From: Lepidodermella squamata
Taxonomy: Eukaryota > Animalia > Gastrotricha
Length of the DNA stretch: 64,000 nt
NCBI GenBank assembly: GCA_047495785.1
Contig: JBLDXI010000031.1
Coordinates: 62,001-126,000 of the forward strand
Direction of reading: 5' to 3'
Part shown: positions 1 to 10,848 of the stretch, in pieces
How positions within the stretch are numbered: the stretch's first letter is position 1
Layout: each line of letters starts with the position of its first letter
The notes under the pieces: generated by a model
Database searches by the model: none
What the model saw: only the letters and a program-made list of their open reading frames with translations
Told to the model about the DNA's origin: nothing
Program-made: the position numbers and the translations under genes

Positions 1-105
1 AGAAGAATCAAAACATGTGATAAACATGTGATCACTACGTTCTCTTTGAATCAAAGAATCCCACTATAAACTAATGAACGTTAAGTCAATTTGTCGTTCG
101 ATTCG

Positions 106-565
106 TTACATCTTGGCGAAGTAGATGAGTGCTGTAGCACCCAAGATAAGAGCAGCCAGTGGCGTCGCCATTTCACCTGAGTTGCATTTATCAGTCGTGC
201 AGCAATAAACCTCTGAGCACGCGATCGACAAAGCACAGCCGCTAGCCGGCGTACAGCTCGTTGAACAGCCCTTTGAAATCGAGGTGGTTGTGGCGCCGAA
301 CAATGTTGTTTTCGTAACAGATTTCTTTAGAAATCGGACAATGACAATGGGTTCAACAAAGTAGTTGTGACTTACCGAGCAAGCGGTGTATTGCGTACCA
401 TTGCACGTATTTGTTGTTCCATCGCTACCATCGTAGCATGTTAGGGCATCTACAAGTCAAACGTTAACATTTAGTTTTGAAAAATTGGGGCTCTCTAAAA
501 TTACCTGCGAAGGTGGCCAAGGCGGCCAGAGCGAAAACGACATACATAGCTTGCGTAACGGCCAT
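106..565 (-). CDS. Ly6/uPAR (three-finger) GPI-anchored protein, copy 1; 3 exons (565-505, 449-376, 324-106)
   Basis: Spliced product MAVTQAMYVVFALAALATFA-DALTCYDGSDG...CCTTDKCN-SGEMATPLAALILGATALIYFAKM has a signal peptide, LxCY start, CCxxDxCN end motif and a hydrophobic GPI tail; GT-AG introns of 55 and 51 nt keep frame. Confidence 0.88.
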
Positions 566-644
566 TGCCAGATAGATGATATAAGGTTAGCTGTAATTGC
601 TGGATTCTGATTTGCGGATGATTTCCATGACGATTTCTGGCCGC

Positions 645-650
645 TTTATA
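645..650 (-). promoter_or_regulatory. Possible TATA box of the Ly6 gene (same site at 5071-5076 in copy 2)
   Basis: TATAAA on the minus strand 80 nt upstream of the ATG at 565. Confidence 0.35.
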
Positions 651-913
651 TGCACTGGCGCTGATTCAAGTTGTTCATCTGCTAATTTCTCAGCTACACC
701 TCCACCCATCATTTGACTCAAATACAAATTTCGTTTGCGGATCCGCGAAACATGAATTAATTTGGCTATTTTCTCGGGAATACCTATGCATCGACACAGT
801 TTGAGTAATATGTAGTTATGCTCCCTTGCCGTGTCAATTAACTTGATTGCTCATAGTGGATTAACGTGACTCCATGTTTTAGCACTCCAGTCAGCTATAT
901 GACTTCGTGTAAG

Positions 914-1250
914 CTAGTGGCTAGGTAGTGTTGCAATTTTGCAAAAATAAGAATAGCCGGGATAGCACAGGACTTCAACCTTCAAATCGAGCTTGTAGAT
1001 GAAGAAAGAGGTTCCAAAGCACTGATCTTTGTTGGAGTCATAGCAGGTGTTGTTGCTATAAAAATAATGGAAGCCTTGGCGTTTGGCGTCTTTCAAACAT
1101 GCGTCGCGACATTCAGCAGTGTTCGCCATTGTTTCTTGACCGCTGCGAATAACCAAACTTATTGCTGATCGTTGCGGGTGAAACTTCATACTCAGATCCT
1201 TCCAAATGCTACAACGGCGTTTAGCCCAATCAGACCATCAAACTTCATGC
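914..1250 (-). pseudogene. Degenerate PAN/apple-domain gene fragment (copy at 5340-5676)
   Basis: ECRDACLKDAKRQGFHYFYSNNTCY resembles the PAN core C-x3-C-x5-C-x-x-F-x-Y-x5-C with one Cys changed to Arg; no clear signal-peptide exon. Confidence 0.55.
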
Positions 1251-1384
1251 AGAAATAAGACTGATTGATATTATAACTCACTTCAGTCTCGAATTTCACT
1301 TCAAAATTATTTATTTCACTTTCGAATTTCGCATTCACTTCACAGACATAAACCAAGCTCATCTTGACATACTCCCCGCAAACC

Positions 1385-1470
1385 CGAACTATCGCAGCTC
1401 ACAGCCTCACGTAAGTGAAGCCCTCGACACCGTAACGGCCGGGAATCAATGTCTTGCACTGGTCTTTGTT
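1385..1470 (-). pseudogene. Short duplicate of the 3' end of the PAN pseudogene at 1637-1725 (copy at 5811-5896)
   Basis: cgaactatcgcagctcacagcctcacgtaagtgaagccctc...tgtcttgcactggtctttgtt occurs at both positions. Confidence 0.7.
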
Positions 1471-1651
1471 CTCTATGGATAGAACTTATCAAAAATTAGG
1501 AAATTAGTTTCTGCATTCGATAATAAACCATGACAACAGCTTCAAAAAAAGTTAAATTGAACGACTTTTTGAGGAACGTAGATGCTTCATACCAAGAGCT
1601 ACCTTTTGATACTTGGAGCGATCTTGGATGATTTTAACGAACTATCGCAGC

Positions 1652-2001
1652 TCACAGCCTCACGTAAGTGAAGCCCTCAACACGGTAACGGTCGGGAACC
1701 AATGTCTTGCACTGGTCTTTGTTGGGGACATAGCAGGTATTGTTGTTATAGAAATAACGGAAGCCTTGGCATTTGGCGTCTTTCATCGCCACTTTCGGCA
1801 GTGTTCGCCAGTTTCTTGATCGCTGCGAAGTTGCCGTTGCATTGATTCGCATTAGCCTTGCTGAATTGGGCAATTACTATAGCCATCAGCCAGTCAGCGG
1901 AATAACGAACATTTATGATAGGCTCTGCTTGCAAGAAAATAAAAACACACACGCTGAAATCTTCAACCCACTCTCCGGGCATTTAACAACGGCAACGCAT
2001 G
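1652..2001 (-). pseudogene. Frameshifted PAN/apple-domain gene (copy at 6078-6427)
   Basis: QCNGNFAAIKKLANTAE and KDAKCQGFRYFYNNNTCY lie in different frames; alignment to the paralog at 1080-1130 shows an 8-nt deletion near 1785. Confidence 0.65.
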
Positions 2002-2567
2002 CCATAAACAGCGCAACAAGGCATGTTCAAATGAAAGTTTATCACTGGAAAGTAATAAAGAACTTGGCAAGTTGAGAATAATTCTCTTAGCCGATTTCTC
2101 GCTTCCTTGCCGCCTATTTGCTTCTGTTGAACTAGGAGCGGTTGAATCATGCTGGCTAGAAATATCCGGTTGGTTTGTACGTGAGCAAAATGTTTTCGAA
2201 ATGCCCTGTCTGTTGACTTTACGCGTTCAGTTGAGTATTTTTCATAAAAAATTTAGCGGAGATGGTATTATTCTCAATTTCACGTACATTGGATAAAGTC
2301 CCACAAATATGACAAGTGAGAATTTCTGCTTATCTTTCCCTTTCGTCAAGTTTCGGTTTGCCTTATTTTCAAGATATTAACCTTGTCTTCCTATTATCAA
2401 GTCCGTGATGCTTCTACTTGGCGTACAAGCTCGGCGCTATAACGTACAAGACTTAGTGTCAGCGCCTGTTTCAACAAAGACAACCGAAAAGCCGAGAAGC
2501 TGCGTATAACTTGTCAGGAAGAGCATTCCTTTAATTTTTCTCATTCCAATTCACATCAATTTTAAAC

Positions 2568-3010
2568 ATGTTCGCCAGGAGCGCTGTTTCAGTTCTACTT
2601 CTTGGCTTCGCCTTTCAACCTGAGGCGTTGGGCGTATCACTGATAAAGGATGCAAGAGTCGCTAAAGCCCCACCGACTACGACGATGAGTTCTTGTGAGT
2701 ATTTTGCTTCCATTAAATATTCCTAATCATTGACTTGGCCAACTTTTCAGCGGACTACCTCAAGTTGAGGAAAGATGTCCTTTCCAGATTCGGAACGATG
2801 TCCTTTGACGACTGTGAGGGCTCTTACGCTCAGGAGAGCCAAGCGAATGAGGCGCTATGTGGCCAGGCGTGTTCGAGCACTAAGGACTGTTACGCGTTCC
2901 GTTTCAATCCGAACACCAAGTCGTGCGTCTTTTCAAACAAGTCCAACTGCTTGAAGCGTATTTCCAATCCTCCCCGCTTCACCGGCACCACCTACGTGAA
3001 AAAGCTGTGA
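2568..3010 (+). CDS. Small secreted PAN/apple-domain protein, copy 1; exons 2568-2694 and 2751-3010
   Basis: Signal peptide MFARSAVSVLLLGFAFQPEALG; 56-nt GT-AG intron in frame; CGQACSSTKDCYAFRFNPNTKSC PAN motif. Confidence 0.8.
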
Positions 3011-3114
3011 AAACAATGAATTACGATCAAGCGCCGAGTGAAGAGAGTAGTGGCGAGATGCAGTTGAATGAATTTGCATGCGTAGTGAGGCAGTTGAATG
3101 AGTGATCTGCATCT

Positions 3115-3243
3115 CAGGGCTGAAACAAAATAAAATGCGGGCTTGCATATTTCGACTGTTCGCACTGAAAATGGGCTCCGGTTGCGGATAATTGAAATGT
3201 GCATTTGAAATTGATGAAGTCTCGTACTTCACTCGAATGAATG
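3115..3243 (+). repeat. Segment homologous to 8523-8653
   Basis: cagggctga.acaaaataaaatgcgggc...gtctcgtacttcactcga shared between the two positions. Confidence 0.85.
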
Positions 3244-3900
3244 GGGTATACTCGACTTGCACAAAACGTTTTGCGCAAACAAACTTGCACAAACTTTTTT
3301 GCACAAAATTTTTCTCATTCGTTCGAATCGCCGATGAATTCTAAGCATCGTGTTATTCGACTTTTTTAAGCGATCAGGCCTCGTTGCAAAAATACATAAC
3401 GCTTACGCATTCAGAGTTTGTGAATCGGTCGTATGTTATATGTTTTTCTTAAAACATGCGAGCGAGGCAAAAAAACTTAACGCAAAACTTGTCTACTTAT
3501 TTCATGCAGAGTTTGTGCGGAGACCTTAACATCCATGGTGATCGATGTTGTTCACAAACAATTTAGCGAAGATTGTATTATTCTCAATTTCACGTACATT
3601 GTTGGATTGTGCCACAAATAAGGTGTTCGGTAATACTATTACAACATTAATGTATATAAAATCCCATTTGAAGTGCCATTATGACGATGCTAGGTATTCA
3701 TTTATTGTCATGGAAATACATAAATTCGCTAAATTTTACCTATAGCGGTGTATTTTACCTAATAACATTCAGAAAAACACACAAGATAACTCAGGTTACT
3801 AAAATTTGCTGGTCTTTATTCTGTTCGGTCAACCTGGGACGTTGGATTACTGCCAAATATTTCTCTTCGCGCTCTGGTGGGATATCTTAAAAAGCTGAAG

Positions 3901-4179
3901 TAGTGGCGCCGTCGTTGACCTGAGCAGACGACACGGTTGTATCCGCAGAGGCCGCTTAAGGATGCACACGTGGGCAGCCATGACTCTCAATGGTTGTCTC
4001 GCTCGAGAGGTGGGGAAACCCACGGGTCGATTGACGGTCTTCTGCGAAAAGGCTTAGATAAACTTGAGCGGGGTTCGGCACCACATCCAATGGTGTCAAT
4101 ACCTCATTAGAGTGGGAGGAATCGGGGGCGGGTAGCCAGCTCGCTCTCTCACCTTCTAGTCTGTAATCATCATCATCAT
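3901..4179 (+). mobile_element. SINE-like / non-LTR 3' relic: GC-rich and hairpin-rich with an (ATC)n tail
   Basis: GC-rich island ending in atcatcatcatcatc, flanked by a CTGAAG direct repeat (3895-3900 and 4180-4185); several stem-loops. Confidence 0.45.
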
Positions 4180-4531
4180 CTGAAGAAAACGGGTTTGCTG
4201 ACGTGCTACGTTACCAAAATTGCACGGCAATAGCGTTAACATCTCTTCCTGTTGTTTTCAGTTCTTATGGTAATTAGTAATAGGCAATTTTGAATTGAAA
4301 TTCATGAATCCCGTGGATATCTATGATAAAATTTATTCGGTGAATCGATTCCTGCGCGAAAAATTGGGAAAAAACGCGCCATCACACATTAGTCTAGAAT
4401 AATCATAGGGAACGTAGTGAGAGTCTAGAAGAATCAAAACATGTGATAAACATGTGATCACTACGTTCTCTTTGAATCAAAGAATCCCACTATAAACTAA
4501 TGAACGTTAAGTCAATTTGTCGTTCGATTCG

Positions 4532-4991
4532 TTACATCTTGGCGAAGTAGATGAGTGCTGTAGCACCCAAGATAAGAGCAGCCAGTGGCGTCGCCATTTC
4601 ACCTGAGTTGCATTTATCAGTCGTGCAGCAATAAACCTCTGAGCACGCGATCGACAAAGCACAGCCGCTAGCCGGCGTACAGCTCGTTGAACAGCCCTTT
4701 GAAATCGAGGTGGTTGTGGCGCCGAACAATGTTGTTTTCGTAACAGATTTCTTTAGAAATCGGACAATGACAATGGGTTCAACAAAGTAGTTGTGACTTA
4801 CCGAGCAAGCGGTGTATTGCGTACCATTGCACGTATTTGTTGTTCCATCGCTACCATCGTAGCATGTTAGGGCATCTACAAGTCAAACGTTAACATTTAG
4901 TTTTGAAAAATTGGGGCTCTCTAAAATTACCTGCGAAGGTGGCCAAGGCGGCCAGAGCGAAAACGACATACATAGCTTGCGTAACGGCCAT
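4532..4991 (-). CDS. Ly6/uPAR GPI-anchored protein, copy 2
   Basis: Identical to 106-565 at offset 4426. Confidence 0.88.
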
Positions 4992-6960
4992 TGCCAGATA
5001 GATGATATAAGGTTAGCTGTAATTGCTGGATTCTGATTTGCGGATGATTTCCATGACGATTTCTGGCCGCTTTATATGCACTGGCGCTGATTCAAGTTGT
5101 TCATCTGCTAATTTCTCAGCTACACCTCCACCCATCATTTGACTCAAATACAAATTTCGTTTGCGGATCCGCGAAACATGAATTAATTTGGCTATTTTCT
5201 CGGGAATACCTATGCATCGACACAGTTTGAGTAATATGTAGTTATGCTCCCTTGCCGTGTCAATTAACTTGATTGCTCATAGTGGATTAACGTGACTCCA
5301 TGTTTTAGCACTCCAGTCAGCTATATGACTTCGTGTAAGCTAGTGGCTAGGTAGTGTTGCAATTTTGCAAAAATAAGAATAGCCGGGATAGCACAGGACT
5401 TCAACCTTCAAATCGAGCTTGTAGATGAAGAAAGAGGTTCCAAAGCACTGATCTTTGTTGGAGTCATAGCAGGTGTTGTTGCTATAAAAATAATGGAAGC
5501 CTTGGCGTTTGGCGTCTTTCAAACATGCGTCGCGACATTCAGCAGTGTTCGCCATTGTTTCTTGACCGCTGCGAATAACCAAACTTATTGCTGATCGTTG
5601 CGGGTGAAACTTCATACTCAGATCCTTCCAAATGCTACAACGGCGTTTAGCCCAATCAGACCATCAAACTTCATGCAGAAATAAGACTGATTGATATTAT
5701 AACTCACTTCAGTCTCGAATTTCACTTCAAAATTATTTATTTCACTTTCGAATTTCGCATTCACTTCACAGACATAAACCAAGCTCATCTTGACATACTC
5801 CCCGCAAACCCGAACTATCGCAGCTCACAGCCTCACGTAAGTGAAGCCCTCGACACCGTAACGGCCGGGAATCAATGTCTTGCACTGGTCTTTGTTCTCT
5901 ATGGATAGAACTTATCAAAAATTAGGAAATTAGTTTCTGCATTCGATAATAAACCATGACAACAGCTTCAAAAAAAGTTAAATTGAACGACTTTTTGAGG
6001 AACGTAGATGCTTCATACCAAGAGCTACCTTTTGATACTTGGAGCGATCTTGGATGATTTTAACGAACTATCGCAGCTCACAGCCTCACGTAAGTGAAGC
6101 CCTCAACACGGTAACGGTCGGGAACCAATGTCTTGCACTGGTCTTTGTTGGGGACATAGCAGGTATTGTTGTTATAGAAATAACGGAAGCCTTGGCATTT
6201 GGCGTCTTTCATCGCCACTTTCGGCAGTGTTCGCCAGTTTCTTGATCGCTGCGAAGTTGCCGTTGCATTGATTCGCATTAGCCTTGCTGAATTGGGCAAT
6301 TACTATAGCCATCAGCCAGTCAGCGGAATAACGAACATTTATGATAGGCTCTGCTTGCAAGAAAATAAAAACACACACGCTGAAATCTTCAACCCACTCT
6401 CCGGGCATTTAACAACGGCAACGCATGCCATAAACAGCGCAACAAGGCATGTTCAAATGAAAGTTTATCACTGGAAAGTAATAAAGAACTTGGCAAGTTG
6501 AGAATAATTCTCTTAGCCGATTTCTCGCTTCCTTGCCGCCTATTTGCTTCTGTTGAACTAGGAGCGGTTGAATCATGCTGGCTAGAAATATCCGGTTGGT
6601 TTGTACGTGAGCAAAATGTTTTCGAAATGCACCTGTCTGTTGACTGTACGTGATCTGTTGAGGGTTTTTCACAAAGAAATTAGCGGAGACGGTATTATTC
6701 TCAATTTCACGTACATTGCATGATGTCACCTAAATTTATGTGACAAGTGAGAATTTGTGCTCATCTTTGCCTTATTTTCAAGATATTATCAACCCTGTCT
6801 TGCGATTATCAAGTCCGTGATGCTTCTACTTTCACGTACAAGACTCATCTCAGCGCCTGTTTCAACAAAGATAACCGAAAAGCCGAGAAGCTGCGTAAAA
6901 TTTGTCAGGAAAAGCATTCCTTTAATTTTCTCATTTTAATTCAATTTTTGAGTTTTAAAC

Positions 6961-7403
6961 ATGTTCGCCAAGATCGCTGTTTCCGTTATACTTATTGGCT
7001 TCGCCATTCATCCTGAGGCGTTGGGCGTATCACTGATAAAGGATGCAAGAGTCGCTAAAGCCCCACCGACTACGACGATGAGTTCTTGTGAGTATTTTGC
7101 TTCCATTAAATATTCCTAATCATTGACTTGGCCAACTTTTCAGCGGACTACCTCAAGTTGAGGAAAGATGTCCTTTCCAGATTCGGAACGATGTCCTTTG
7201 ACGACTGTGAGGGCTCTTACGCTCAGGAGAGCCAAGCGAATGAGGCGCTATGTGGCCAGGCGTGTTCGAGCACTAAGGACTGTTACGCGTTCCGTTTCAA
7301 TCCGAACACCAAGTCGTGCGTCTTTTCAAACAAGTCCAACTGCTTGAAGCGTATTTCCAATCCTCCCCGCTTCACCGGCACCACCTACGTGAAAAAGCTG
7401 TGA
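6961..7403 (+). CDS. Small secreted PAN/apple-domain protein, copy 2; exons 6961-7087 and 7144-7403
   Basis: Mature part identical to copy 1; signal peptide MFAKIAVSVILIGFAIHPEALG differs. Confidence 0.8.
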
Positions 7404-7920
7404 AAACATTGAATTACGATCAAGCGCCGAGTGAAGAGAGTAGTGGCGAGATGCAGTTGAATGAATTTGCATGCGTAGTGAGAGTTTTGTCAGGGTTGTG
7501 TTTTTTTATTCAAACCGTGATGATACCCAAACAGTACATACATTACGAAAATCAACCAGCCCTCCCTCAAACGACGACAAAAAAAACCGTGTTATAATAA
7601 AAGAATGCTACAATCTAGCTGCTCTGCAATAAAGCAATGAATTGATGCAATGTAGTAATGAATGAATATAGGCTAATCGAAGAAATCAGAGCAATTAATT
7701 ATTATTTTATCATACACATTTCGATACTTCTTGAATTTGTTGAATTATTCCCGATGTTTTTGATTTTTGCGATGACTGTTGTAAAATTCAGATCAAAATT
7801 GAGCTAAATATATAATTTTTGTTCAATTCAATCGTTGGTTGTCAAAATTTTTCTTATAAATCCGTTAAATTTCAAATAATTTTTTATGAATAAAAAAAAT
7901 CAAATTGCAAAAAATGAAAA

Positions 7921-7966
7921 AACTGCCAGAACTGCCAGAACTGTCAGAACTGTCAGAACTGTCGGA
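7921..7966 (+). repeat. 9-bp minisatellite (AACTGYCAG) x5
   Basis: aactgccag aactgccag aactgtcag aactgtcag aactgtcgg. Confidence 0.85.
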
Positions 7967-10848
7967 ATTGAAAAAATTGGAAACATAAAAAATAAATATC
8001 GCGTGTTCGCGATTTCCACAGCCGGCATCCAACTGGTTAATGTACTTGATGGATGTCGGTTATGTATGGCCGACATTTTTTGATTTTGAGTTTTATTCTG
8101 CTTGCATCAACTGTTTTCGGCATGTATAGCATCATTTTTACTGTTTCCATCAAGCTACCAGATGAATGGTTAATTCCCTTGCTCTTGTAGTCATTGATAA
8201 CTAGAAACCCATCTTTGCATTTAGTTGCTTATGAGTACAGTGATTTAATGAGACGCAGAAAAAAAGCATAAAGCGACTAGCTGCTAATAGCTGCCATAGA
8301 AAGTGCGGTCGAGGGTTTGAACGATTCATCAAATTACTTGATCGAAGCAGTACACATAGCATCTATTAGCTATGTGGTATACTGCTTTCAGAAAAAAATG
8401 CCTGTCCGCTCTACTGTTAAAATCAAGTGCGCAATACTATGTGGTTGTCGTCGTTTGAATAAAAAAACGCCTTGCCAAACCATCGTTTGGTTTGATTGCG
8501 GTTGTAATAAAAAAACACGCCCCAGGGCTGATACAAAATAAAATGCGGGCTCTTGCATATTTCGACTGTTCGCACTGAAAATGGGCTCCGGTTGCGGATA
8601 ATTGAAATCTGCATTTGAAATTGATGAAGTCTCGTACTTCACTCGACTGAATGGACCAGATTCAGTCTTTTCGAATAGCCAATACCATATGTTGCTCGCT
8701 TTCATCTGACCGAAAATAAGTGAAAAATGGGGTTTGGCGAAATTGTTGACATAGTCAGATTTTGATGCCACTTTCAAGATCTACTAACGAGGAGTCGAAC
8801 GGTATAAGAAAGGTATTGATATTCATCAGGGTTGCTGAGAAAATGGGATTCAAAGTATACGAGCAGCGAAAAATGCTAATTTCGTCAAAAAATACGAGCT
8901 TAAAAATTTAGTTTTTATTGCATTTAAAAACTCCCCACGCAATAAATTCTGATGTTATTTTTCTTATGCACAGTTGACATTTTAAAGGGTAATCTCAGGT
9001 GATCTATTCAAAAATTCTGTTGGAATCAAGATAGTGTCTCTACAACAACCTGAATCAATAACACTTTGCAGGGCTGCTCTGGGGTTTTCCGTATTTTAAG
9101 GCGAATGGGAGCCTCCTAGAGGTGTGTGACATTTGAACATTTCAAATCCTCAAGAAAAACTGAGTCAGAAACATTGGAATCCAAGAATTTTCCTGATTCG
9201 AGTGAAAACACTCTTTGCGATTTGCTGGAAAATTCAGAAAATTCGCCAAACCCCACTTTTCACTTATTTTCGGTCATCTATTATTATTCATTCGAAAGGA
9301 CATTATTATCTACATCAACAGAAACCATTCAGTCAGCATTTTTAAAAGCTTGTGTTCAAATTCCATGGACCCAATTTCCGGCACCTGTTAGTTTTTCTCT
9401 ATCAGCTACGTTCGAATCGTCAACCATAGATGTAGCCATATTTTTTAATTTCGTGAAACGATCACGATACATCCGCAATAACTGAAACTAACTAAAAGGC
9501 ATATCAACGCGCTGGGAAATCGTATAAATTCGGTGAAAACAAATAAATATAACCAGCTTCTCGTTGGTTGGTGATGAGCTTATATATGGGACTGTCACCA
9601 AACTGCAACAAAGTGTCACCAAAATCGATTTTGCTCGAGGACATGTGACCAAACCCATTTCTAGGTAGATCTCACGACGCTGATGACCCTTTCCGTGAGA
9701 GCGGCTTCCTAGCTGTCACCGTTCTCGAGATAACCGCTCAGGTGTGACACCAGGTAAAAGGTGACGTGACCAACTTGACACTGGAATTTCTCCGCAACCT
9801 CAAGTGATAAAAATATGGGCTTTTCGAATTCTTCCTCCCCAATGTTTTCTCTATCGAAATAGCGCGTGTCAATAAAACATTCTGAGCCTTTTAATTAAAT
9901 GTATTTTCCTCATGAAAATTAAAAAAAACGCATCATTTGAACCGTTTCAGTTTCGCTTTATTTTCCTTCAGCTTTGACTCTGTTCCATACGTTAATAAGC
10001 CATAAAAATGCCATCACTTTATACCCTCGAATTCATATTATCATTACAGGCATTTCAAGTAAGCCAGAGAGAGAGCGAGATAGAGCGCAAAAAACTAGAA
10101 TAGAGAAGAGAATACACAATTTTTACATATCTCAGCATAGTAGGTTAAACAGAATATTTTTATATTACTATCGACATGAATGATTTTTCACACAATAACG
10201 CAGCCTTCTCGTCATTTCAATTTCGCAACGAATCAGCAATTGAAAGTTCAACACGGCGTTAGATTATTTACACGTCATCTTACAAAATTGACATCATATT
10301 TCCAACGTTTCCAACGAAGAAAAAGACAGAGAAAATCGGCACAAAAAAAGCTGATATAAGATGCCACAAAAAATATCGCCGCCAAGTTATTCAAGCATTG
10401 AGTTGCGCCTATTCAACAAAATTAATTTTTATTCTCCCGAGTAACGCACTTTGATGATAGCAATAATATTAGTGTAATACCCTTCAAAGAAAATTCATAA
10501 TAAATTCAACAGAATTTGGTTTCATATTTTGAGAATTATTTTTCATCAGTTAATTCATCACCCGCACATTATAACATTATTAAGCTGTTCATTTTCATCA
10601 ATTTTCGCCGAAAACTCTCATTTTCTATCACTGAGAAGCAATACGAATCAGAGAAAAATGCGAAATAATAATTGTCTTAAATACCTAAAACAATTTTTGA
10701 ATTAATCAAAAATATTCAAAAAAAATTGAATAAAATTCAGAAAATTTTCTAATTTTTCCAAATTTTTAGGATGATTTTATAATTTTTTCGCGAATTTATT
10801 CCATAATTGATTCGTGCTGCTTTCGCGATGTGACATATGATTTCCTAA

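Larger units (their letters stand above)
1..7482. repeat. Tandem segmental duplication: 1-3089 repeated at 4427-7482
   Basis: Identical ORFs at offset 4426 (106/4532, 914/5340) and later offset 4393 (2735/7128); the left unit probably starts before the window. Confidence 0.95.

Noticed and set aside
7886-8083. 65-aa ORF with TARTARTVRTVR
   Set aside because: Translation of a 9-bp minisatellite in AT-rich DNA
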